DNA of 57,404 nucleotides, counting the filler, from Sphacelaria rigidula (taxonomy: Eukaryota), in assembly GCA_964200075.2 (NCBI GenBank). It is 8 parts of 8 records of this genome, joined end to end, with 100 filler letters (N's around TTAATTAATTAA, not from the genome) between each part and the next. Parts side by side here need not be neighbours in the genome. Positions count along the whole stretch, not along the records: positions 21,565 to 28,652 come from CAXNAA020016546.1; positions 28,753 to 35,840 come from CAXNAA020016547.1; positions 35,941 to 43,028 come from CAXNAA020016548.1; 5 more parts are not named here. The stretch is one strand, 5' to 3'. Positions 24,214-37,905 of the stretch are shown here, one piece after another (within the stretch, counting starts at the first letter, position 1; each line of letters starts with the position of its first letter). Made by a program: the position numbers and the translations under genes. Below the pieces are notes generated by a model. That model was not told where the DNA came from. It worked only from the letters and a program-made list of their open reading frames with translations, and did not search any database.

Positions 24214-25640
24214 TCAAAAGAGGAAGCGATTATAAAGCCTGATGGAACATACACGTGGATGGTACATGAAGCACACAATTGCCTGCCATAAAGGAATAGC
24301 CACACCACGCCTAGAGCCAAGAGTGTAGCGTCGATAAGTAGTGACACATCGTGGGAGAATGAGTGATAACGCGGGCGCAGGAAGGGCGGGCTCAGGAAGG
24401 GCTGTAGTGAGGGACCCCACCTCCAGGCGCAAAGCTATAATCAGTTGTTTGGTGCATATCACCTGAGACAGTAAAGATAATCGCGCTCATCTCGGGACAG
24501 CGCGATGCGAGCTGCACAGTCTGTCGGCAATGTGTGCAGTGCGAAGAACCGGTGAGAAGTTTTGTAGTGGATTTACTGTCCGTCTTGGCAGCGTGTAGCG
24601 AAGGTGAATGATACAGTTGATGGGCACAGCGAAAAGTATATGTTACGTTCATTTACCACACAGAAGTGACTTTGAACTATACTTTGAACTTCTCCCACAG
24701 TTGATTACTCCGCAGTCGGAGAGGGGTGTGGAGATTACAACTTGATAAAAGAAGAACGCTATTCCGTCAAGAGCTCACCCGAGCAAACAGGCAGACATCT
24801 ACAAAACAATCGCATCAAACAGAAGCGCAAGTTACAGTCATCATACTCTTCTTGGACTTCATAAACTGTGTCGTGGCGAGCACTCTATCGCAGATGCTCT
24901 TTTTCAATTTCTTGGAACAGGCAGCAGGAGGCGATGGTCCCGCCAGCCACAATACAGCCTTTGAATATTTGACCGCGAACAAAACCTGCAAAACTGTTCG
25001 ATGTATTTTCCAACGGTATGCTGAAGCACATGGCCAAGAGGGAGGCGAGCAGAACATGCCAACCGACTTCGTGAGAGGTGATGCCACAAGCCAACAGCGA
25101 CTGCAGTGTTGTCGTGCAGTTGAAGAGCCCATGGCCGATCATCGATTGTGATAACCGTCCACCGTTGTTGCGCTTGTTGAGAGAGTCGCTGCCGCCGCAA
25201 GCGATGCAAGCCACAAGAGCGACCGCACACACAAATACTGTTGTAGTGTAATGCAAAAGCCGCAAGCCATGAGAGAGACTGTACATACAGCAGTTGCTCG
25301 ATGTTTGGCGGCAACGATCCAACTCCGTAGTCTTCGAGGCGCAATCCAATTTCATAGTCAATGCGTGTTAAAAATAGTTATGAAACTACTGCACTGACTC
25401 TCTATCCGCTCCCTTGGGGGAACGGTTCAACTGTCCTCTGGAAAGGATGTCAGCAAGCTGGTTAAGTTCGCGTTGTATGCGCCAATTTGTGCTACAGTTT
25501 GGTTCGTCATACAGTTGGTATATAGAGGTACTGAACACGCTCTCGTCCTTCAGTGCTCTTGCCATACCTCTCACTGATCATGCAATCCTGCAAGAGAGCT
25601 ACCGTACCCTGATCATCCGATTCCGTGGCAGGAGCTAATA
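24214..25640 (-). pseudogene. Probable DIRS/Ngaro-like (tyrosine recombinase) retrotransposon remnant
   Basis: WRIQRELNQLADILSRG resembles the DIRS RNase H C-terminal motif; downstream AKTD and YTLGSRRGVA...YNRF weakly resemble tyrosine-recombinase motifs. Heavily decayed. Confidence 0.4.
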
Positions 25641-26042
25641 CACTGTTCATGCTGTACTCTGTAGTATAGTGCTACTCTTGTACGGTACATTTGATACTAA
25701 AAAAAACCTGTGGCGTTTACGTGGGGCAGTCCTCCGTCTCTCGGTAAAACGCTGGATTGCTGTGCACGGGTGCATTTCGTCGTTTCGGTGCTGTGCAGAC
25801 CACGGGGTTTTCAAATTCCATGTGGATCAATAAAACTTGACCGTTCGACACGGATCATTTTTCGGCCTGGTTCTGCGGGACGATAGAGAAGAGTGATAAT
25901 TTTTTCCTCTTCAGTCCATTTCTGGTACAAGATGTTGTTCCGATAAGGATCATTTGTGTCTTGGCTACAGTATGGGTAATCTGGACACCCTCCTACTTGT
26001 TCGCAGTGTCGGAGCTGGTGACATTACGCTAGTAATATATAG

Positions 26043-26207
26043 GATAATGATAATAATAATGATAATATTAATAATAATAATCATGATAATCATGATCAGA
26101 ATCATAATCATAATAATCATAATCATAATAATCTTCATAATGATAATGATAATGATATTGATAATAATGGTAATGATAGTAATGATAATGATGATGATAA
26201 TAATAAC

Positions 26208-26242
<35 letters not shown>

Positions 26243-26263
26243 TAATAAATAATAATAATATAA
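26043..26263. repeat. Imperfect (ATA/ATG/ATC)n microsatellite
   Basis: Directly visible trinucleotide tract of ~220 bp. Confidence 0.95.
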
Positions 26264-26285
26264 TGCGCATCTGTATATTCCATAG

Positions 26286-28460
26286 GCAAACTTGGAGCAG
26301 GCAGAAAGCGCGGGCGCGACTTCAGCGGTTCAGGTGCTCAAGAGGCTCGGTGGGGCTGCACAAGAGGCGTTGGATAAGAAGGTAGGTGCCTTACTCACCG
26401 AACCATTTTTTTGTTTCACGTCTGGCGTTTATTTTTTGCTTTCGCGGGACAGGCATGAAGCGTGTTGGGTGCACTCGTTTCTTGATTATTTTTACACAAT
26501 GTTTCCTGACACTCCTCGATTGCCACAGCGGTACAACCATGCATTAACAATGGCTTGGGACAATGATTGCTTTCGGGTTTTAAAACCCGACTTTCGTTTT
26601 TTCTCCGTGGTCGGAAGATAGTGGGTACGACAGGGGCTAAACATATCGGTGTAATTCCTACTTTTTCATTGTATCAGGTGATGAGGATTCGATGGTTGTG
26701 GATTTCTCTGTAAATCGTTGACCTGAGCCATGTCAACGATAATTATCCCGAAAAGAGGTCTGAGGTCTAACGTTCGAGGATTTCACACCCTGGATGAACT
26801 CTTAACACCCCAGACCTTTTTGCGGAACATTCATCACTGGCATGGTTAAAGTTCACACATGCATGCTAAATGATCATATGCTGTGGTATGCGAATGGTTC
26901 TGAAGTTGGAGAACCTTGTCGATTTTTCTTTCCGTCATGTTGGTCTATACCTGTTCTGTACATGACGATATAAGATTCAAGATTAATAAACGAAATTGGG
27001 CAGATACAAATATCCGAGTGGCTGGGAAAAAATGTCCTTCGACTGCGGTTGTTTTAAATCGGAGGTCATTGTGAACGCGTTGTGTTACTGTTGAAAAAAT
27101 ATATAGTACCGCGATCTGTCAACACTAAACCCCGCCACTGCGTGCGTACATGTGCACGTTCTTCAGATGGAGCCCGAAAAAAAGTTGCTCCGACAGCTGC
27201 TGCGCGCCGAGAACAGCGAGGAACGACTCAAGGTGACTGCTCACTCGAGATCATTGATGGATTGGTTTATTTGTTCATTTGTTCATTTGTTGTCGAACAT
27301 TAGCTTTCCACCCTTTCCTTTCTTTTTCCCTTCCTGCCTCGTTTGATTTTTTGTTTCGGTTTTCGTTTCCAATTTCCTCGTTTCGCTTGTTTTATTCATA
27401 ATTTTTTGGTTTCGTCCTCCGCTATTATTTTTCTTGAGCGATAACTTCCCTTTTCTCACCCTGGGTACATCCATTCGGTGAACAACGACCACGGCAGGGT
27501 CCCTCGAGAATCGGTCAATGCGATGTGCGACAATCGATCAATCTTGAAGTGGTGGATTGTTTTTCGCACTTCAACACTATTGTATTGACCAACTATTAAT
27601 AATTATTTCCATACAGTGGCGTGTTCAGGTTGCTATACTTGTTTCGTTTGTCCCTCTCTTAGAGCTTCCTTGAAGACACATACACAAATACGCCGCGTTT
27701 TCTGTTTTTTTCTACCCCTGCGGGCTTCATAGCCCATGTGTCAATGTGCTCTAATCAACCGATGTATGGAAATAGTAGTGAGGGTACTGGAAAGGCAACT
27801 CTATGATTATGACGACGAGCTCGAGAGATTTGGTCAATGTGCGGAGATGATAACGATATAATGATGATAATCTCGAATGTTTCAGTTTTGTTTTGTCTCG
27901 GGAGCGTCTATCATGTGACCACGGCTGGATCCCTGGGAGGTCAGTTGAAGTGCGACAACCAATCAGTCAATCAGTCCATCAGTCGTCCCGGTCAACCTGA
28001 CCTCAAAAAATCATCCTGACCCTACTTGAAAGCGCAGATGCTGGGTAAGGCTTCAAGGCTTCCTCCCCCGTGGTAACCCCAGCCCCGCTCGCTCCATAAC
28101 CCTTACCTCACCTCAATCTTCTCGGATGCAGATGCTTGGCAAGGCTTCTCAGCAGCACCCCAAGCCCTACTCGCTGGCTTGATTGCTTATCCATACCCCA
28201 TGTCAGTCAACCCTTGGACGCGGGTTCTGGGCGAGCGCTTGCCCGCAGTTCCATGCCTACCCTGTCGGTGATCCTGACCTGGAATTTAATCCTCGTATCT
28301 TCGTTCGCCTCAGGTTCTGGGCAAGGCGTTCCGACAGCGCGCCAAGGTGGTGCTGGCTGACGGGAAGGAGACGGAGGAAGCTCCGGAAGTAACGCCTCCC
28401 AAGTTTATCGAGGTGGTGAAGGCGGTCATCCGTAACTTCGGTAACATGGGCGAGGCTGAG
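26286..28460 (+). CDS. Three internal exons (26286-26381, 27167-27232, 28314-28460) of an unnamed protein
   Basis: All phase 0 with AG/GT borders (96, 66, 147 bp). They splice to ANLEQAESAGATSAVQVLKRLGGAAQEALDKK-MEPEKKLLRQLLRAENSEERLK-VLGKAFRQRAKVVLADGKETEEAPEVTPPKFIEVVKAVIRNFGNMGEAE with no stop. Confidence 0.8.
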
Positions 28461-28587
28461 GTCAGTACTTTTTTTCTTCTTCTTTCTAGGGCAACTTTCA
28501 TTCGATCCCTCCCCTCCCTCTCTTACTCTCTTCCTCGGGACGAGTCCGCAGTCACGAGGGATCGTCAACCCCCTCCCCCCCTCCACC

Positions 28588-28652
28588 CATGAAGCAGTGT
28601 ATAAGCCGTGGCTGTCTCTGGAAGTGGCGATACCAGAAAATGAAGCAGCTCA
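28588..28652 (+). repeat. Dispersed repeat (copies 34489-34750 + and 43129-43297 -)
   Basis: CATGA.GCAG.GTATAAGCCGT.GCTGT.TCTG.A.GTGGC.ATACCAGA occurs in three different pieces. Confidence 0.8.
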
Positions 28653-30369
28653 NNNNNNNNNNNNNNNNNNNNNNNNNNNNNNNNNNNNNNNNNNNNTTAA
28701 TTAATTAANNNNNNNNNNNNNNNNNNNNNNNNNNNNNNNNNNNNNNNNNNNNAGGCATGATGGTGTTCACTTGATTAAGCTGTAACTAATAGGACTGTGC
28801 AACTGGACCAGTTTATACTCTCGATTAAACTGGAACTGGCGACGGGGGGCCCAGTTTATCCAGTTTATTGAAGGTTTGCCGTCTCCATCTATTTTTTTCA
28901 CAAATTCTGGTATGATGAGGTTGTAACAGAGATGTTGACACAAAGATACACAATTTGACTGTACTATTGAGGCCTGCACTGTGCAGTTGCCGGGGAATAT
29001 AAGGTATAAAACGACACGAAGGGCGCTTCGAAGGCGTCGGCGGAAATTGTTCACGTCAAAAATGCTTGAAGCACCGGCGACAGGTTTTTGCTTAGTATTC
29101 CGTCTTCCGGTGGGCTTGTACAGCACAGATAGGCCTGGCGTTCTATGGTGGTACCATAGCACACGTTGGAATGACGCCGATTTAAATTAATTATATATAT
29201 ATATGTTGCATGCACTCACTCACAAAAAAGAATACGCATGGCAATAAAGTAGCAGCCGCTGCAGCAGCACTACACGGACGGGAAAAAGGAAAGTACAGTC
29301 GAGACGATGGGACATGCGTGCAAGAGGATAACACTATCCACGTGCACCAGCCCTGCCCCAAGAGAGCGATGGCACGCTGACCATTATAGTGACGTGAGGT
29401 GTTTTCTAAGCTGAACGTGATGCGGGTTCAACTTTCGAGCGAAAAAGATGCCGATTCCACAAATGTAGAGAGCGGTCGAGACGGATGACCGTAATCCCGC
29501 GAGTCCACTAGGACGTGAAACAGGAAACGCATCGCAACGCCATAACGCCGTGCAGAACATGGCCCATACATGACATTTTTTTTTCTCTTTCTGTCTATTG
29601 TCACGACTTTCGAAATTTGATGTAAATCATTCAGCAGTTTGGGTCGAAATTATTCCGAAGTTCCTGAAATAGAACATTTCACCAATGTTGGGTATCCCGG
29701 CCCTCTTGTGTGCCTTTTTCCTTGTCGTGGCATCTTCTACACCCACCAGAACTTACATTTGGCCACTTGCAGCAGTACTGGTGCGTGGAGAGGGGGAGGT
29801 ATTTCGCTGAGGGGCGAATCCAAATTCCCGATATCTCCTGAAATGTTTCTTTTCTGGAAATAAAAATCCCCTTGGGTACCGATACGAGGAAGGGTTTGCC
29901 TACTCTATATTTAACATTCAATAAGTTGGGTATCGCATGAAGAAGCAAACATAATTACTTAATTTATTTTTACTTTTCAAAAGAGAACGAAAGAGTTCTC
30001 GGGCGAATGCCCAGAGCTCTACGAATTCGGTGTGAGGTTTTACCCCGACAAGTACACCCCCCTGCTCGGAGCGGACAAGATTTTCGGATTTTTGGATACA
30101 GAGAGGCGAGGAACAAAAAGACAAAAATAACTTCTTCACAGTCGTCGCCTCCTGGAGACGGGGCTTCTCAAGGTTATTTTTTCACTTGAAAAAACCACCC
30201 CCACTCCGAGAAAAGTGCGCCTATGTGGTGCGTGATAGTGGGAAAATAGTCTTACACGGACAAAATTGATACCAACGCCGCATAGTAACCTTGGTGTGGC
30301 GCTCCATCAGTATGCCGTACCCCACTTGTGTTGAACAGCAGGCACTCGCCTGTTTTTTGCCCCGTGATA

Positions 30370-30735
30370 CCGGGAAATATACGGGTAGATCTGGTTATTG
30401 CACGCACCCGACAGTTCTGTAGTTCTGTAAGCCTCCAATACCTGTTCTCGGGTACGGGCATGACCTTGAACACATACCTGGGTGACGGTACGGTTCTGCG
30501 CAACATCCATACCCGTACTCGACATGTGTGTGAAATCTGTACTTGACTTTTACCGTCACCAGGGATCATTTTCCACCCTTGAAGAAATACCCGTTCGCGG
30601 GCATGGGTTTCTAGAAGGCATCCACACTACCCGACAGGTTCTTTTCATTCTGGAACACTTCCATACCGGTACTCGACACATCTGTAGGCTCTGAAAATAG
30701 TCTCATACCTCACCGAGCTTACCCGTACCCTGAGG
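30370..30735. repeat. Degenerate CGGGTA/TACCCG-rich repeat
   Basis: Recurrent CGGGTACGGGCATG, CCATACCCGTACTCGACA and ACCCGACAG motifs. Confidence 0.55.
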
Positions 30736-33230
30736 AAACTGAAAACACCGTCCTTCGATAGTTTCAAGTCCGAGAATCGGTTTGAACATTCGCTCCTCTA
30801 TGCGATGAAGTAACCTTGAAAGGTACAAACCTCAAGTACTTGCTTGAGTATGGAAAACACTTTCTAGGATGTAGACTTCAAGACGACCTCATAGCACCAA
30901 CTGCTGCGGTTACTCAACAACACTTTGTACAACATTTTTTTTTTCTTCAGCTTGAGGCATTCTTCACCAGTGCGAGGGACTTCACGCGGGGACCCCCGGA
31001 AGCCATCAATATTTGCAATATCTATCCACAATAGATTTCTTCCGTTCGAAGCACCACTACGTATCGAACTGAACCTTCGGTACATATCGTCAGTTGGAAT
31101 CTGACGACGCCAACAGCAAACATTGCCGAATTACAACGGTTTATAGTTAATGATTGGGTCCCGTAGTATCCGTTTTGAAACCTGTATTTTTCCTTCATAT
31201 TCGCAAGCTGATGGTCACTACGATTTAAAGCATGTGGAGACAGGGTGAAACTCTTGTTGGGAATTTGTACGTTAATTTTGGAGACACTTTGAAGAGCGCT
31301 GAGCGGTCGAGGTACCTTTTTGCCCCCAAGCACCTTCTTATGGCAAACAAAAACATTTTTTGTAAAGTTCTCTTTATGATCCTACTGTGTCGTTTCACGC
31401 CCAAGAAGAGGGCTAGGGGGATGTTAGCCCTTTTGGCACTGGCGACGAAAAAGTGTGGATTTCGATGTGCTGTTTTCGAGCTGTTTCTTGAACGACGTAT
31501 GGTGAAGCTTTGACAGTTTTCATGCAAAACTATTAGCCCGAGACGTGTTTTGAGACAGGTGGAGCCGATTTTTGTGTGTAAATACTTCAGGCACGTAAGT
31601 GCTAATCTTGGCTGTGTCCACAAACTTGAATACGCTTGACCCGTTGCGTCTCCTCATCTTTGAACAAAACTAATGCGCGACCTCACCGGGGTGACGTTTT
31701 TGGTGCGCGCCTGACATATGCCGGTGGATTTTTCTGTGACCTTCCGCCGTATAAATGGTTGCCGTCGGTCTCCTCTGTTCCCATCTTGTCTTTGTCAGAG
31801 CTTGAAATAATGACGCTTCTGCCCCGGGGATAGAAAGGGAGGGTTCCCAAAGGGTTGACATTGGGCAATCCCTCCTTATAATCGGTGAGACTGTTCCAAG
31901 ACACTTTAGCGTGTTCCGGCGGCCGCAGTTTTGTTTTGGCGAGAACAATCAGGCTGGAATTGACTCTCTTTGACGATAAGGCGTGTTCGGCCGAAAAAAT
32001 TAGCGCGGCCACCGGAAAAGGCAAAGGTGTCATGGAACTGTCTCAACGAATATATCGAGGGATTCGAGGGTGTTAACATCCGCCCGACCCTCTTTCAGGG
32101 GGTAAAACGGCACAAACGGGACAAAAAGGACGTTTGAAAGGATTGTTGATAAGAAGCGACCTTAGCGCCACCGCTATAACCTTGAACGAAAATCCGACTG
32201 TCACCTTCAATCGTCCATGCCGGTAAGTTTGGTTCCATTTATACGACTATTGGGTAGCTACTGCGGAAGGCATTCTGTCATTGGTGAATTTTAGGCCGAA
32301 CCGCGAATCAGGCTGTAGAGGCTATCAAAATATCGCAATAAAACAGTATAATATGAAAGCCTTAACAAGCAGCGGCATTATCTGCAAGAGTGACCTACAT
32401 ATATATATATATATATATAATATGTAGACAACTCGCGAGATGAACTTTCAACTTCCTGCACTACTCATGTAAGATCTGGCGCGGTCTCCAGGTAGCTCCA
32501 ACAATCAACCGCATAGATGTGTTTTCCCACGCACCGCATCACTTCGATCTTTGTGTGTCGCGATCCACTCGTGCAAGCCTCTGGAAGATAGTGTGCATCC
32601 TTGCCCAATTCTAGCACCGTATGTTCGGCACGTCAACCAACTTCATTTCCAGAAGTCTGACTACATGTGATCCCCATCACTTGAATTTTCAGTAGTCATC
32701 CCGTGTTCCCCGCCGATTGGGGCTCATTGAGGAAAATCTGTTGCAGTGCCCCGACTGAGACGTACGCCACTCCTTGGCTGCTTGCAGTATTCCCAGACTG
32801 AAGTGGTGAGCCACAATGTTGCTTTCGCTTCAATCACTATGTACCGTTGTCATTAATGACGAAGCTTTATCAAGGTGATAATGAGCACAGCGGCGCTGTC
32901 CTGTCTCTTCATGTGTCCCTTGTGTGTTTTGTGGCTGTTCTAACCATGTCGCCTCCAGGCCCTTGGAACTGAACCGATTTTTGCGTCATGCCAGCAAATT
33001 TGTCGTCGAGCAATGCTAGTGGCAGTTACCAGCATTTGGTGATGCTTTCGAAGTTCGATGTTAGCACCTGCCAACTCTCACCGCCAAGCTTGATTACAGT
33101 TGCTGAGGGACGTCTAGGGTACAGTTGGTTATGGCGGGTACCAGGCCTTCTACTGTACGTCGCCACATGTGCCATGTACTTGGATTGAAGAACCCTCGCA
33201 CTCCGCTTATGAATCGCGGTCTGCTGCTAG

Positions 33231-33377
33231 GTGAGCGGTCGTGGCCAGTTGCACCTGACGGTACTAATCGAGACAATGCGACGGGAAGGTTTCGAGTTGA
33301 TAGTGGGACCACCAACAGTCATCACCAAGATCGTGGACGGCAAGACACAAGAGCCGTTTGAAACGGTCGAAGTCCAG
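33231..33377 (+). CDS. typA: TypA/BipA translational GTPase, internal exon
   Basis: [49 protein letters not shown] carries the TypA GRGELHL..LIE.MRREG.E signature; AG/GT borders. Confidence 0.93.
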
Positions 33378-34003
33378 GTGTGTTCAGTCCGTCGTTATGC
33401 CATATTCTCGAGGCCCTCCCCAATCTCCTTTCATTGTTCAATCTGTTGGGGTTCGCTTACACATTCTGAACGTGAAACGTCGAGAAAATGAGAAAACGTC
33501 AAAAGCGACGTAGGAGAATCTGACCGTGTTTTTTTATTTTGAATTCGGAGTAGAGCCGTCGCAAGGAAGTATTTCCCCACATAATGCTACGGAGCTTGAG
33601 GGTGTAATAATGAGCGAAGTTTCGGGCGTGCGAATGAAGCCAGGTATACACTAGCGGCCAAATATAGTCGCGATCATTTCGAAAGATGTATTTGACAACA
33701 ATGAGCTATACCGAGGTAAATTGTAAAAATACGCGTGTCTTTCTGTTATATTCAATATCGTTTCACAGTACACGCCAGATCTGGTGAATTACCAGAAACT
33801 ACATAGCTTTGCCGACATCCCGTCGTTTAGTTTTTATTTTATTGCATTGTTTCCTCAGAGGGGAAACACTGCGTTTTGTCGGCAAAGATAATAGATGGGG
33901 TCACACTTCCGTCTTGTAGGCGCGGGCAAAGATGTGGAGATGTTAGCCTCATGAACGCTATGAGAGTGCGGCCGGTTTACTGGCAATTTCACGATTCTTG
34001 CAG

Positions 34004-34226
34004 GTACCTGAGGAGTACACCGGTGCCGTGGTGGATTTACTGTCCCGGAGGAAGGGCGAGATGATCAACATGGCACCAGCGGACGGCGGAGGAGATAAGC
34101 AGATGACCAATATCGAATACATTGTGCCTACGCGAGGCATGATTGGCCTACGTAATGGAATGCTCACGGCTACCAGAGGAACAGCGGTGATGGACACTAT
34201 ATTTAACTCCTACAAACCATACGCAG
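34004..34226 (+). CDS. typA: TypA/BipA translational GTPase, next exon
   Basis: VPEEYTGAVVDLLSRRKGEM...EYIVPTRGMIGLRNGMLTATRGTAVMDTIFNSYKPYA; CAG acceptor and GT donor; in frame with the previous exon. Probably an organelle-targeted nuclear gene (inference). Confidence 0.93.
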
Positions 34227-35768
34227 GTTTGTACAAGTTCTCCCCTTCACGTGTCGATTTTTCTGGACAGTGTTTTCAATAGTGATGCACCTCGACTACG
34301 CAACACCTACTTCCCGCATTTGAATTTTTTGGGCAGTGTTACGTTTTTTACCAATCACCGTCTTTGTTTCACTATGAACCGTGTTTTTTTATTCGACACC
34401 GACATATTTTTGACAGGTAAGCCAAGAGATTTGATGATATGCTGCACACTTTATCCGTCCCCCTCCCCCTCTCCATTTGCTTCACACCCATGAGGCAGTG
34501 TATAAGCCGTGGCTGTGTCTGCACGTGGCGATACCAGACAAACAAGCAACTCATTATCGGCTGTCATCCGAATGCAAGAAAATCAGTAGGCTTCGGGCCG
34601 AACAATCTTGGCAGGATGCAGCTTACCCTGCATGCGAGTCGCCGAACACACCACGGCTCTTCGCGCTTGATGATCGAGCGCGAGCCTGGTCCGGCGAAAA
34701 CCCGGCGTGCTCCATCTCGGCCGTGTAGGGATGCGAGGTCAATTGTCTGATGACTGAGGCATTCATGATCATGAGTATAACCCCCCATCCCCTCCATTTG
34801 CTGGTGAGTTTCGCACACCAAACCGATTGATCTCATGTCACACTCCCCTAAGTTTTCAGCTGCCAGAAAACCAGACCGCGCAACAGGCTAAAATTTTTTG
34901 CCTGCGCATGGTGACGAAGGCTATAGATGTGAATCCGGGCAGTCCATGTAAACTTGGTGGTCGCCGTTGCACCAGAGTTATGCTCGCGTTGTATACGCCA
35001 AGGATACCGTTGAGTGAAGTTTCCTGGAGACCGCTTAGACAGGCGTAGTACGTACAACAAATCTGTCGTTCACGACCCATTCATTCATTGATTCCTATGT
35101 GAAATTATTGCGGCAGCAGCATCGACACAGCCGCGTGAGCATCACAACTAGATGGCAAGTGTGAATGACACCTTCGTTGTATTTCATCTGAGACGACCAG
35201 GCAAATACTTCGACCACAGAAGAAGGCATTTTGAGGCACTAGCAACAGGTGAACATGGTGACGACTCCGTACCTATGTGATGTACGGCTTTTTTGTTCAT
35301 GTTCGGTGTCGTAGGCTCAGAGACTGGCCGAAGCAGTGCCTGAAAGTTTAAGCCTTGGTACCGTTGTGTAGCTGGGGATGTAAAGGACACGAGGCACCCA
35401 CCTTGACTTCCGGATCAACATGAGTAAGCTCAAGCATCGGAGTTGGCGTTTTCTGTTCGGTGAGGCTGGAAGAATCGTCTTGAGGTTTTGAGATCCAGGA
35501 GAAGCACACGCATTTCATGAGAATTAGCGTTCGGTACTCGCGGCGAAGCAATGATCCCTTCACATTCAAGGCGCTTTATTCACCATAATCGGCGCTTCTG
35601 GAACGACCTCGTTCTCACAACCGTGCGTTCGGGGAAGCTTTGCCTCATTGCGGCCATTAAACGATTCCGGGGACCAAACGATATATTAGTAGCTGGTGGG
35701 GATTGCTGTTCGCAAGTTTCACTGCTTGTTCTTGTTGGGTGGAGGTGTAACCGAAAAAAATACTGTAC

Positions 35769-35840
35769 GCCGGTCGTCCCGGTGGTTCAGTTGGTAACCT
35801 CGGAACCATCTGACGGTTGGGTCGTGGGTTCAAATCTCGG
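35769..35840 (+). mobile_element. tRNA-like head of SINE family 1, cut by contig end
   Basis: A box TGGTTCAGTTGG and B box GGTTCAAATC; matches the head of 38443-38785. Confidence 0.75.
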
Positions 35841-36700
35841 NNNNNNNNNNNNNNNNNNNNNNNNNNNNNNNNNNNNNNNNNNNNTTAATTAATTAANNNN
35901 NNNNNNNNNNNNNNNNNNNNNNNNNNNNNNNNNNNNNNNNGGGGGGGAGGGGGGGGGGGAGTCGCGATACTCATTTGTTGCTTGCCTTATTCGTTTGACC
36001 ATTGACCACGCACCCCTTTCGAGACGGAGCACCGTTCCTACTCCTAATAGAGCCGCCTTCAACATTCCGGCGTCCATTTGGAAGGTGGTGGTGGGGGGGG
36101 GGGATCAGTTCACTGTGCCCTGTACGTAGAGCATGGTGAGAACGTTTCAGCTACAAGAAGGATGGGAGCTACCGCGGCCACCTCAGAACTTTTATATGTA
36201 TGTATATAAACACTGGATAATAGTGAAGTGTCGGTGGCAGTATGTGCCCCCCGTACATTACCCGCGTGTGTGAGTGTTGCCATGTGATTTAACGCGTGAG
36301 ATATTTTTGGTGCAAGATTCACAACCACAAGAAGTATTCAATACGCGTACACTTGGCAGTACTACACACATCGGAATTACACAGAACTAACTTCAAAGGT
36401 GACTCCAACAGCAATAGACTGCGCCTGAGACAATAACCCCCCACTGTATAACCAGGGGGCTGGACTCTTTCTTACCCGCCACTACACCTACACATCTTGA
36501 AACGGCGGGGGAAAGGTGGTATTGCACACAACAAAGGGGTTTCATAGATGTGGTACACGGCTCCACACCACGTATATTGCCACGTATAGTTTGGTGTATT
36601 TTAGGTTATCGCTGACATGTCGTGTAGAACCCCACCCTTCGGGACACCGTATTTCGTGTTTCGTGGGAGTATTGTATATTTTGCCTTGTATTCTAGACAT

Positions 36701-37100
36701 GCCGCCGCGCCCCGGTGGTGTAATGGTCCGACTGTCGACATCAGGGTGGAGAGAACGGGGGTTCGATTTCCGACGCGTTGGGTTTTTTCTTCGTGATGTA
36801 TGATTTCCACCGTGGAAAGCGTGAGAACCTGAGTAAACAACGTAGTCGACTGGGTTTGTGTGACGTGAGATGACGCGGTGCGGGAGTGCTGACCCGATCC
36901 GCGAGAGCAAAATGTAAGGCGCGTACCGGGGGAGAGACGGGTGGATCCCTTGAGACCACGGACTCATCCCGAGGAAGGGGAGGGGTTTGAAGTGTGAGAA
37001 GAAAAAAAAAAACTGTCGCAGTGTGCTATGGTTTTGTGACCGCGGGCGCTAGACCTCTGGAAAAAGGCTGATGTGAGAAAGAACAACAACAACAACAACA
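36701..37100 (+). mobile_element. Putative tRNA-derived SINE, family 2
   Basis: A box TGGTGTAATGG, B box GGTTCGATTTC, unrelated body, (CAA)n tail at ~37082-37100; single copy in window. Confidence 0.5.
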
Positions 37101-37905
37101 CTCACTATGAGCTTGTACGTGTATGAGGGAAACGGTTGCCTAGCGGTGCGAATGCGTGTACGGTATCACGTTGACACCAAAGCATTTCAAACTAAAATAT
37201 GTTGCTCGCAGCGACATTCGGGAGCGAATCCTTCGCGATGGTTATCTTCGCCACTGCTTGTGAGAAAATGGCCATGCTTTGAGGCGACTGACTCTCGGGC
37301 GGTGTGTGTGTGTGTGTGTGTGTTTGCTGTATCTTAACTCCTTCAAGCTCGTGACGCCGGGTCACCCCGAGAGAAACGGAATCACGGATCGGACGAATCA
37401 TCGCCGGTTCGAATCACTAAATATACGACTTTTTAGGCATGATTACTCAAAAGAGATGAAAAAAAAGTTGACCGCTGGGCAAAAAGGTACCTACGCAATT
37501 TTCGCGCCATTCCAGGTTCCTGGGTCGCGCGTACCTGCGTTGCAACGCTGAAAACAAAACGAGAGGATTGACTCGTACGGTACGAATAAATCACACTAAA
37601 ATCAAGTAATTTCCAGACGAATCATCAATTCCTCCGACCATTGACTGGTTTGTTGCCGCGGTCAGAGAGAGAGATAATTATCAACACAAATGACTCCCCT
37701 CCCCCCTGTGCCGTGTTACGATGCCCGTCTGGCGAGAGCGGGTGTGCGAAAAATGGAGAACGATGCACTAACGCTACAATTGGCATGAAATCATGACTCG
37801 TTTTGGATCTTGATAATGGACATCGAGCTGTGGCTAGATGGGGGGTCGGGGCCCCGAACGCTTTACCGAAAGTGACTGATGGCAATTAGGGAGTTCATTC
37901 CTGTG

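Noticed and set aside
25954-26385. Poly-Ile/Tyr ORFs
   Set aside because: Translations of the (ATA)n microsatellite.
26286-34226. Joining the 26-28 kb exons to typA
   Set aside because: Different contigs, and the peptide has no TypA similarity.
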